A stretch of DNA of 63,709 nt, counting the filler, from a candidate division WOR-3 bacterium (lineage in GTDB: Bacteria; SDB-A): the NCBI GenBank assembly GCA_016934535.1. It is 5 parts of 5 records of this genome, joined end to end, with 100 filler letters (N's around TTAATTAATTAA, not from the genome) between each part and the next. Parts side by side here need not be neighbours in the genome. Positions count along the whole stretch, not along the records: positions 1 to 7,496 come from JAFGSQ010000063.1; positions 7,597 to 24,524 come from JAFGSQ010000064.1; 3 more parts are not named here. One strand, given 5' to 3'. Made by a program: the position numbers and the translations under genes. Of this stretch, positions 1 to 7,862 are shown one piece after another. A model generated the notes under the pieces. The model was not told where the DNA came from. It did no database searches and worked only from the letters and a program-made list of their open reading frames with translations. Numbering within the stretch: position 1 is the first letter of the stretch; the number at the start of each line of letters is the position of its first letter.

Positions 1-576
1 CCAGTATCTTTTATCGTGAGAGGCTTCTCCTTCGTCATTCATCGTAATTCTGAAAACGTCTCCCGCGTTTATCAACGGAGATATGACAGGATCCGTTTCG
101 AAATTTTTTACAGTTGCTAAAACGCCTGTTGAGACATTGAAAGTCATTATTTTATATTCATCAATTCCCCAGATTATCTGATCGTTCTGATCGTCCCATC
201 TGGGTTCGCTCAGGGGGCAGTGATTCAGAAAATTTGAGGCGGCATTGAAAGGTCTTGAGGAAGTGGAATAGACGTTCCAAAGAGCTTCGGGATCGAGTAT
301 TACGGCTGATTTTGAAATATTGAAAGGATCGAATCTCGAATATTCGTGCCTGCCCTTTATTCCGTCTATCTGAGTCGACCTGATTTGAATCGTTCCGAAA
401 TGATAATCTACTATGGTTTCGCCAACAGAAGGACAGGGTCTAGATATTAAATAGTGAGGCGCGTTTGTTCCCGACAAAGGATCCGGGACTTCTACGAATC
501 TGAATGTGTCCGGATAATCTACAGCAAAAATTGAAATCGACGAGAAAATCAGGCAGAAGACAATAAAAGACTTCAT
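1..576 (-). CDS. Secreted hypothetical protein, partial (runs off window start)
   Basis: Manual translation from ATG at 576 (GGGAGG RBS upstream): MKSFIVFCLIFSSISIFAVDYPDTFRFVEVPDP..., signal-peptide-like N-terminus, frame open in the part translated. Confidence 0.7.
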   Translation of the reverse strand, partial: MKSFIVFCLIFSSISIFAVDYPDTFRFVEVPDPLSGTNAPHYLISRPCPSVGETIVDYHFGTIQIRSTQIDGIKGRHEYSRFDPFNISKSAVILDPEALWNVYSTSSRPFNAASNFLNHCPLSEPRWDDQNDQIIWGIDEYKIMTFNVSTGVLATVKNFETDPVISPLINAGDVFRITMNDEGEASHDKRYW

Positions 577-748
577 AATGCCCTCCCGTTGCTGTAATAT
601 TTATAAAACGTCACCCCCCCGTCCCCGCTTATATTTCTTCTTTTTTCTTGTTTTATATCTTTTATATATAGGATTTGACAACGTTTATTTTCAAATTTTT
701 CTTGCAATTGCTCTTTTTGATTTCTTTTCGTTTAAGAATTTATAGCTC

Positions 749-777
749 TTGACATTATGCGAATATTTGCATATATA
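749..777 (+). promoter_or_regulatory. Sigma70-like promoter with overlapping ArsR/SmtB-type palindromic operator
   Basis: TTGACA(749-754)-17-TATATA(772-777); imperfect palindrome TATGCGAATATTTGCATA (756-773) directly upstream of an ArsR gene. Confidence 0.6.
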
Positions 778-783
778 CAATTT

Positions 784-1089
784 GTGAAATACGAAGAAGC
801 TAAAACTCTCTCCGCAATACTCAAAGCACTTTCTCATCCTGTGCGAATTCTCATAATCTCGGAACTCAGAGAAAAAGACAAAACAGCCGGTGAACTCAAC
901 GGCATCGCTAAAATAGACCAGTCGGGTATATCGAGGCACCTTTCTCAACTCAAAGCCGCAGGAATAATTACGGACGCAAGAATCGGCAATCACATTTACT
1001 ATCATCTTCAGAATTCGTGCATTCTAAAAGCTTTAGAATGTTCCATAGAAGTCCACAAAAACGTCCAGAAATGCAGTGTAAAGTTTTAA
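784..1089 (+). CDS. ArsR/SmtB family transcriptional regulator
   Basis: KALSHPVRILI...SGISRHLSQLKAAGII...YYHL winged-HTH signature. GTG at 784 preferred because the ATG at 757 lies inside the promoter. Confidence 0.9.
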   Translation: MKYEEAKTLSAILKALSHPVRILIISELREKDKTAGELNGIAKIDQSGISRHLSQLKAAGIITDARIGNHIYYHLQNSCILKALECSIEVHKNVQKCSVKF

Positions 1090-1107
1090 CAGAGGAAAGA
1101 AAAAAAT

Positions 1108-2490
1108 ATGATTGACAGGAAAGAGATAAAAATATTCTTGCTTCTTACAGGAATGTTTTTACTGTTCTATTTTCTTCCAGTCTCAAATCAGAGGTTTCAG
1201 AGTGCCGTCATCCAGTCAACAATCCTAGTAAAATGGTACGCGAGAGAACACGTTCTTCTTTGCCTCATCCCCGCTTTTTTCATAGCCGGAGCAATAGCAG
1301 TATTTGTCAGCCAGAATGCCGTCATGAAATATTTCGGAGCCAAAGCCAACAAAATATTATCTTACGGAGTCGCTTCCGTCTCAGGTACAATCCTTGCCGT
1401 ATGTTCGTGCACTGTCCTTCCTCTTTTCGGAAGCATATACATGAGAGGAGCGGGAATAGGCCCGGCCACCGCTTTTTTGTATTCAGGGCCTGCAATAAAC
1501 GTCCTTGCCATAATTCTCACGGCGAGAATTTTGGGCGCTCCCCTGGGGATAGCAAGAGCCGCAGGCGCTGTCTCTTTCAGCGTTATCATAGGCCTTCTAA
1601 TGCATGTTTTCTTTTATAAAGAGGAAAAAGCAAAAGAAAACAGTAAAGCAGAAGTATTCATGCCGGAAGACGACGAGAAAAAAAATCCTCTCTGGCAGAT
1701 CGGACTTCAGTTCGCGGCCATGGTCGGAATTCTAGTCTTTGCTAATATCGCCGAGCCGAAGATACCTTCGGGTCCATGGTTTTTTATTTTCAGATTCAAA
1801 TGGCATATCGTGGCTTTTTTATTTCTTTTCTTTTTGATGTTAGTCAAATTTATGTTCAAAGTAAAATTTATTTACATGTTGCTGTCATTGATCCCGCCAT
1901 TTATCGCCTTTCTTGTTTTTTCTTCGAATCCTTTGGCTGTTTTTTCCACAGGGGTTTTATCAATAGTCATTTTGACGTTTACAAAAAACAAAGAGCTTTC
2001 AGCTTGGAGAGAACAGACCTGGGGTTTTGCCAAGCAGATATTGCCGCTCCTTCTAATAGGAGTTCTCGCCGCGGGATTTTTTTTAGGGACTTCGGAAAAC
2101 AATGATTCCGGAATAATCCCGAACTCATGGATAGAAGCCCTTGTCGGAGACTCGCCATCAGCCCTTTTCACGCTTCTCGGAAAAGATCCGTCTTCTGCAC
2201 CGGGGTTTCTCGTTTCTTTATGGCCCTTGTGGACGAATTTTTTTGCATCACTGGCAGGAGCTCTCATGTATTTCGCAACGCTCACTGAAGTTCCCATTCT
2301 CAAGGGACTGATAGACAGCGGTATGGGAAAAGGACCTTCTCTCTCCCTGCTTCTGGCCGGACCTGCACTTTCTCTGCCTAATATGCTCGTAATAAATTCA
2401 ATTCTCGGAGCAAAAAAAACTCTTACGTTCATTTCTCTCGTTGTGGTTCTTTCAACCATTGCCGGCCTCGTTTTCGGAGCATTTTTCTAA
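1108..2490 (+). CDS. DUF318/ArsP family permease
   Basis: Multi-TM; LAVCSCTVLPLF, FLYSGPAIN, MYFATLTEVP and GPALSLP motifs of the ArsP_1 family. Confidence 0.85.
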   Translation: MIDRKEIKIFLLLTGMFLLFYFLPVSNQRFQSAVIQSTILVKWYAREHVLLCLIPAFFIAGAIAVFVSQNAVMKYFGAKANKILSYGVASVSGTILAVCSCTVLPLFGSIYMRGAGIGPATAFLYSGPAINVLAIILTARILGAPLGIARAAGAVSFSVIIGLLMHVFFYKEEKAKENSKAEVFMPEDDEKKNPLWQIGLQFAAMVGILVFANIAEPKIPSGPWFFIFRFKWHIVAFLFLFFLMLVKFMFKVKFIYMLLSLIPPFIAFLVFSSNPLAVFSTGVLSIVILTFTKNKELSAWREQTWGFAKQILPLLLIGVLAAGFFLGTSENNDSGIIPNSWIEALVGDSPSALFTLLGKDPSSAPGFLVSLWPLWTNFFASLAGALMYFATLTEVPILKGLIDSGMGKGPSLSLLLAGPALSLPNMLVINSILGAKKTLTFISLVVVLSTIAGLVFGAFF

Positions 2491-2504
2491 AAAAAGGAGA
2501 CCAA

Positions 2505-2738
2505 ATGAAACTGATTCAGATACTCGGGACCGGATGCCCTAAGTGCAAACAACTGTATGCAAACACCGAAGAGGCTGTTAAATCATCGGGTATTGAGGCG
2601 AAAATAGAAAAGGTCGAAAAAATACAGGAAATTATGAAATTCAACGTAATGATAACTCCCGCTCTTGTCGTAGACGGAGTTGTAAAAAGCGCCGGAAAAG
2701 TTTTGAGCAAGGATGAAATCCTGAAAATAATTATATAA
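2505..2738 (+). CDS. Small redox-active disulfide protein (MTH895/Thioredoxin_3 family)
   Basis: IQILGTGCPKC and TPALVVDG, 77 aa. Confidence 0.9.
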   Translation: MKLIQILGTGCPKCKQLYANTEEAVKSSGIEAKIEKVEKIQEIMKFNVMITPALVVDGVVKSAGKVLSKDEILKIII

Positions 2739-2748
2739 CGGAGAATCC

Positions 2749-3189
2749 ATGAAATTATTAATAAGAATCATTGTAATTACAGTTTTGGCGGCTTTGATTT
2801 TTCTCGCTATTATTTTCGGAAAAAACAGTGCACCAAATGCAAATCAACCTGATTCAGTTGAAGACTCTTCTTCCGTAAATCAGAACTCCCTGTCGGATTC
2901 CTTGCCTGTTCTGATAGAATTCGGCTCGTTATCCTGTGTTCCCTGCAAAATGATGGTTCCGGAGCTGGACAAGATGAGAAGCGTTTGCGCAGGAAAACTG
3001 AACGTTCTTTTCGTGGATGTCTATCAGAATCCTGAAGATGCAGACCGCAGAAACATCAGAGTCATACCCACGCAGGTCTTTCTGTCCGAAACGGGAGAAG
3101 AGCTTTTCAGACATCAGGGATTTTTTTCGGCTGAAGATATGCTTGATAAGTGGAAAGAGCTTGGTTACGTTTTCGAAGAGGAAAATTGA
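2749..3189 (+). CDS. Membrane-anchored thioredoxin family protein
   Basis: N-terminal TM, CVPC active site, IPTQVF cis-Pro motif. Confidence 0.85.
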   Translation: MKLLIRIIVITVLAALIFLAIIFGKNSAPNANQPDSVEDSSSVNQNSLSDSLPVLIEFGSLSCVPCKMMVPELDKMRSVCAGKLNVLFVDVYQNPEDADRRNIRVIPTQVFLSETGEELFRHQGFFSAEDMLDKWKELGYVFEEEN

Positions 3190-3893
3190 GCTTTTTACAG
3201 CCGCTGTTCACTTTTCTGACTAAAACTATGGAAGAGCCTTCATGGCTCTCACTCGTCTTCTCTTTTATCTGGGGAATCCTTAGCGTAATTTTAAGCCCCT
3301 GTCATCTGGCTGGAATACCTTTAATTGTGGGATTCATGTCGGGACAGGGAAAAGTCTCAAACAAGAAAGCACTCACGATTTCCATTTCATTCACCGCGGG
3401 ACTGCTTCTCACTTTCGCAATAATCGGAATCTCAACTGCCGTGACCGGAAGAATGCTCGGAAACGCCGGCCCTCTCTTAAATTACATTGTAGCCGGAGTT
3501 TTTTTTCTGACGGGTCTCAATCTCCTCGGCATAATTCCTCTTCCATTTGCCGGCAGGGGAATGTCTGACATGAAGAAAAAAGGAGTTTTGGGCGCTCTTG
3601 TTCTCGGGCTCATTTTCGGAGCGGCTCTCGGCCCATGCACGTTCGCATTCATGGCTCCGGTATTGGGAGCCACGCTACAGGCGGCCAATATTAATTTTAT
3701 ACTCTCGGTTCTCATTCTCCTTTTCTTCGGTCTCGGACACGGTATGGTTTTTGTGTTTGCCGGAACAGCGTCTGAGATTATAGAAAATTATCTCAAATGG
3801 AACGAAAAGACAAAATCACTTACAGTTGTTAAATCCTTTTGCGGCGTATTGATAGTACTCGCAGGTCTGTGGATGGTGTATTCCGCACACTGA
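3186..3893 (+). CDS. CcdA/DsbD-like transmembrane disulfide reductant (ArsG-like context)
   Basis: LSPCHL and LGPCTF paired Cys-Pro motifs, about 6 TM; TTG start overlapping the upstream stop. Confidence 0.85.
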   Translation: MSFLQPLFTFLTKTMEEPSWLSLVFSFIWGILSVILSPCHLAGIPLIVGFMSGQGKVSNKKALTISISFTAGLLLTFAIIGISTAVTGRMLGNAGPLLNYIVAGVFFLTGLNLLGIIPLPFAGRGMSDMKKKGVLGALVLGLIFGAALGPCTFAFMAPVLGATLQAANINFILSVLILLFFGLGHGMVFVFAGTASEIIENYLKWNEKTKSLTVVKSFCGVLIVLAGLWMVYSAH

Positions 3894-3898
3894 TTTCT

Positions 3899-4336
3899 AT
3901 GAATAAATTTCTCATTCTTTTGCTTTCACTTTTTTTATTATCGGATCTCATCGCCAATGATTCAGACCCGTCATGGTTTGAAAAATATTTTCCGTCTGAT
4001 TCCTGGGAATCAAAAGCGGTGATTATGTATTTTCACAGAAACATAAGATGCATCGAATGCCTCGAAACAGAAGAGATTCTGAAGGTGTTTGCAGAAAAAT
4101 TCAACATGGAAGAATCTTGCAGAGTCGTAGTATTTGTATCATTGAACCTGGACTCGCTGGAAAACATAATTTTTGGAAAAACCTCGGTTATCTCTCAAAA
4201 CACTGTAATTTTGTCTGTCAAAAATTCTTCAGGAAACCTGATGCTTAAAACTTTTCAGGACGTTGTTCTATACCGAGACAGTTCAAATCATTTTTTGGAC
4301 ACTCTAGGTTCGAAGCTTAAGGAAATGTTAAATTAA
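3899..4336 (+). CDS. Exported CxxC protein, ArsF (nitrophenyl compound nitroreductase subunit)-like
   Basis: Signal peptide plus YFHRNIRCIEC motif; last gene of the operon. Confidence 0.6.
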   Translation: MNKFLILLLSLFLLSDLIANDSDPSWFEKYFPSDSWESKAVIMYFHRNIRCIECLETEEILKVFAEKFNMEESCRVVVFVSLNLDSLENIIFGKTSVISQNTVILSVKNSSGNLMLKTFQDVVLYRDSSNHFLDTLGSKLKEMLN

Positions 4337-4337
4337 C

Positions 4338-4673
4338 TCATCCCTTTTTGTTTGAACTTTTCCTGCCAATTGTAACTGATGCAATTTCAGTACTGTCACC
4401 CTTCTCAATAAGTTCCAATTCCCCTAAAAATTCGACATTCGCGCCTTCCTCTATGAGCATTCCGCCCTTAATGACAACCTTGGCATTTTTCCCAAAAGAT
4501 ACATCCGCTCCTTTTTTAATAACAACGCTGGGTTTGTTCTCTTTCCTGCTGTCGAATTTTATCCTGTAAAGTGTTTTGCAGTGCGAGCATCTCAAGCGAT
4601 TGAATTCTTCTTTTATGAAATCGGTTGATCCGCACTGGGTACATTGATATTTTTCTGTTTTCTTTTCAGTCAT
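4338..4673 (-). CDS. Hypothetical protein with N-terminal zinc ribbon
   Basis: CTQC...CSHC; AGGAG RBS upstream of ATG 4673. Confidence 0.6.
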   Translation of the reverse strand: MTEKKTEKYQCTQCGSTDFIKEEFNRLRCSHCKTLYRIKFDSRKENKPSVVIKKGADVSFGKNAKVVIKGGMLIEEGANVEFLGELELIEKGDSTEIASVTIGRKSSNKKG

Positions 4674-4703
4674 GGTGATTTTTCTCCTTAAATCCATTAA
4701 TAG

Positions 4704-5900
4704 TTAAACGTCTTTTCCGAAAAGTAAAAACCACAGAGTTCCGGCTACGCCGAACAATGCGGCCGCGCTGAAATTTGCGTACGGGCTCACCTGCCACAAA
4801 AATGCTCCGCCGAACGCGGCAATAGACACAAACACGTCTCTTATAAGATAATACAAACCAAAGGAAGCGGCCTTTTGCCCTTCCGGTGAAAGTTCCATAA
4901 TCAAAGCTTTTCTCGTCGGCTCGCCGAATTCCTTCATCCCTCTCAAAACAAAAGCCGCAGCGCATGCCCAAAAACTGGTTGAAAAGGACATGACAACAGG
5001 AAAAGCTGTGAATATTGCGAAAGTTGCCGCTACGAAAGGCTTTTTTCTGTTTCTGTCCGCGAAATACGCTACAGGTATGTATATTATCATCGCAGTCGCC
5101 ATTTCCACAACCGTCAAAATTCCAAATTGAAAAGCGCTGATTGGGTCCGGAATCGTCTTCATCACCCAGATGACGACAAACGCGTAAGGTATCTGTTCAC
5201 AAAAACGGACGAGTATATCGGACACGAGAAGAATTTTTAAAGATCTGTCCATTTTTCTGAGGAGTATAAAAGGACGGCTTTTCTGCTCATTTTTAAGCTC
5301 TTCTCTTTTATCTTCTATCAGCATTTGCTGGAATACAGCGGCGACGACAGCCATGAAGGCGGCGGCCACGAAAGCCATCCGCACTCCGTTAACTTCGCCC
5401 CAGCAGACTATGAAAAATCCTCCGATCAGCGGACCCAGAGCCATAGGTATCCTTCTGACCAGAGAATGCATGGAAACTCCCATAATTCTTTTGTTCTTCG
5501 GAAGGACGACAGATACGAGGCTCATCGAAGCGGGAAGTGAAATAGCCGTCCACGAAAGAAAAAGAACCGAACCGGCCAGGACCGAATACCATGTCGGGAT
5601 CAGAATAACGACGGCAAATCCCGCGATTGTCATTATGTTGAAAACCAGGAGAGCACGTTTGAATCCTATTTTGTCAGAGAGATATCCGCCGGGCAGCGAG
5701 TAAAGAGCGGAGAGAAGGTTGTCCATTCCATTGAGGACGCCGACCGAGATAATCCCGCCGCCTAAAGCCAAAAGATATATCGGAAGAAATCTTTCAGCCA
5801 TTTTCTCTCCTATGCCTACGAGTATGACCATAACGAGCATGCCGGTCATACTTTTGGAAAGACCGAGAAAAACGGCCGTCTTACGAAGTTCGATTTTCAA
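4704..5900 (-). CDS. MFS transporter
   Basis: About 12 TM; motif A GYLSDKIGFKR and second-half AYFADRNRKK. Confidence 0.9.
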   Translation of the reverse strand: MKIELRKTAVFLGLSKSMTGMLVMVILVGIGEKMAERFLPIYLLALGGGIISVGVLNGMDNLLSALYSLPGGYLSDKIGFKRALLVFNIMTIAGFAVVILIPTWYSVLAGSVLFLSWTAISLPASMSLVSVVLPKNKRIMGVSMHSLVRRIPMALGPLIGGFFIVCWGEVNGVRMAFVAAAFMAVVAAVFQQMLIEDKREELKNEQKSRPFILLRKMDRSLKILLVSDILVRFCEQIPYAFVVIWVMKTIPDPISAFQFGILTVVEMATAMIIYIPVAYFADRNRKKPFVAATFAIFTAFPVVMSFSTSFWACAAAFVLRGMKEFGEPTRKALIMELSPEGQKAASFGLYYLIRDVFVSIAAFGGAFLWQVSPYANFSAAALFGVAGTLWFLLFGKDV

Positions 5901-7064
5901 TTACAATTTGCCGAATAAAGAGATCTTAATTTCTTCGAGAGGAGACTTTGCCTCCGACCACACTCTTTCAAGCGCTTTCATCATTTCATCCACCGTAAAG
6001 CCTTCTGAAACTGTTTTATTTCCCTCTTTCCCCATTTTGACGCGCTGTGTTGCGTCGTCAATGAGTTTAATAATTTTATCAGCCGAATCCTCCGGGTTGC
6101 CGGGTTCAGTGAGAAAACCGTTCGTCCCGTTCCGGACAATTTCCTTTGATCCGTCGACGGCTGTAACCACAACCGGTTTGCCGGCCGCCATTGCCTGAAG
6201 AACAACCTGAGGCAGTCCTTCCCACAGGGACACTAGCAGAAATATGTCCAAAGAACTCATCAGCTGAGGCACGTCGTTTCTCCATCCGAGAAATTTAAGT
6301 TTATCTGCTATATCAAGCTGACTTGCCAGCTTTTTCGATTCTGAAAAAAGAGGACCTCCTCCGGCGATGAAAAAAAACGAGTCGGGTCTTTTTTTTAGGA
6401 CTATTCCGGCGGTTTTTACAAAATCGAGGGGCGCTTTCTGCGGCTTGAAGTTAGAAATACTCCCGACAATGATGCAATTTTCGGGAAATCCGAGTTTTCG
6501 CTTCAAAGACCGGTCGCATAAAATTCTGAAAGGTGTTAAATCAGTGACCGCTCTTGCGACTGCATATTTTTCCGGTTTCCCGATTTTATAGCCCATTCCT
6601 TTTTTTATATCCTCCTTAGTGACAACGACGAGTCTGCTGGTGAACAAAGAGGTCAATTTTTCAAACAAAACTGCCATGCCGAGAAAAAAAGGGTTTTGCC
6701 GCGGATTGAAACTCCAGCCGTGAACAGTGTGAACACAAGGGACTGATAAAAGAAGACACGCCCACCTGCCCAGCAGTCCAGCTTTCGAACTGTTCGTGTG
6801 GACGATGCAATCAAATTCGCTTTTTATTTTTTTCACTGTTTTGAGTATTTGCCAAAAAGCACAAATGTCTTCTGCTGGATTTATCTCCCTGGCCAAGCTT
6901 CTTGCTACAAACACTCTTCCCGGATATTCTTTCCGAGCCGAAGACATCAGCAGGCCGCCTCTGCCAGTTATGAGCACGGAATTTTTTTTGTTTTTCAGAA
7001 TTTCAAGGACGGTCAGTTGAGCTCCGCCCTTTTCGAGCTTGGTGATTATCTGTACTATTTTCAT
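5901..7064 (-). CDS. Glycosyltransferase family 4 (GT-B)
   Basis: GGAQ, VHTNSSKAG, HTVHG and SLWEGLPQVVLQAMAAGKPVV motifs. Confidence 0.92.
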   Translation of the reverse strand: MKIVQIITKLEKGGAQLTVLEILKNKKNSVLITGRGGLLMSSARKEYPGRVFVARSLAREINPAEDICAFWQILKTVKKIKSEFDCIVHTNSSKAGLLGRWACLLLSVPCVHTVHGWSFNPRQNPFFLGMAVLFEKLTSLFTSRLVVVTKEDIKKGMGYKIGKPEKYAVARAVTDLTPFRILCDRSLKRKLGFPENCIIVGSISNFKPQKAPLDFVKTAGIVLKKRPDSFFFIAGGGPLFSESKKLASQLDIADKLKFLGWRNDVPQLMSSLDIFLLVSLWEGLPQVVLQAMAAGKPVVVTAVDGSKEIVRNGTNGFLTEPGNPEDSADKIIKLIDDATQRVKMGKEGNKTVSEGFTVDEMMKALERVWSEAKSPLEEIKISLFGKL

Positions 7065-7495
7065 TTACCGTATAAAAAAACGGTCATATCCATTGCGTCC
7101 CCAATGGATTCTTCCATCGAAGAATACTCCCACCTGCCGTACCTTCCGAGAGGAAAAATGGATTTTTCTTTGAAAAAAGAAAATATTCTGCGCAGAACTT
7201 TTTTTCTCTCAAAATCAAACAAAACGTATGCCGGGTCAATTTTTCTGGTCAGAATTTTTTCAGTTATGGATGAAGCGTCTATCAAGCCTGCTTTTTTGAG
7301 TTGACACAATACTCTTTGAGCAATTGCTTCTTCGTTCATTCTGGGAAGTTTCTTTGAGTCTCCGTATGAAATTTCGGCGTATATGGAATATTTTCCTTCC
7401 GGAGAGCCGTAAAAGTTAGATGAGCATCCTACTCTGTATGGAAGAAGGTTCTTTTGAGGCAGATAAACCCAATGATATTCAGGACTTTTCCCTTT
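7061..7495 (-). CDS. FAD-dependent oxidoreductase (protoporphyrinogen oxidase/UDP-galactopyranose mutase-like), C-terminal fragment cut by contig end
   Basis: Frame extends to the contig end: EYHWVYLPQKNLLPYRV...GRYGRWEYSSMEESI. Confidence 0.7.
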   Translation of the reverse strand, partial: KGKSPEYHWVYLPQKNLLPYRVGCSSNFYGSPEGKYSIYAEISYGDSKKLPRMNEEAIAQRVLCQLKKAGLIDASSITEKILTRKIDPAYVLFDFERKKVLRRIFSFFKEKSIFPLGRYGRWEYSSMEESIGDAMDMTVFLYGK

Positions 7496-7496
7496 C

Positions 7497-7596
7497 NNNN
7501 NNNNNNNNNNNNNNNNNNNNNNNNNNNNNNNNNNNNNNNNTTAATTAATTAANNNNNNNNNNNNNNNNNNNNNNNNNNNNNNNNNNNNNNNNNNNN
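7497..7596. other. Artificial contig linker
   Basis: N-run, TTAATTAATTAA, N-run; 100 bp. Confidence 0.99.
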
Positions 7597-7682
7597 GAAT
7601 CCCGACAATCCCCTAAATGCCAGAGACCCTTGTGGACAAATGAATCTCTTCAATTTATAATGATTTTATTAGGACACTAGTG
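7597..7682 (+). mobile_element. Insertion sequence right end (probable IS4 family), copy 1
   Basis: 86 bp identical to 24625-24710 and 32066-32150; encodes ...NPDNPLNARDPCGQMNLFNL*, then a terminal sequence ending GGACACTAGTG; flanks diverge immediately after. Confidence 0.75.
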
Positions 7683-7862
7683 TACTGGAATATATAATAA
7701 TATTTTTGCGGCGAACCATTGAGAAATTATAACCGTTATTGTCCGGTTACAACAAACAAAAAATCATATATTGAATTTATCTGTGAAATGTGTTTAAAAT
7801 AACAGTTTACACGCTGTTTGTCTTGAAGAAATCCGTTTTGATTTTTTTTTCAGCAAGGAGGC

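Noticed and set aside
7497-7596. Repeated TTAATTAATTAA within N-runs (four times)
   Set aside because: Artificial contig-joining linker, not biology; ORFs crossing it are artefacts
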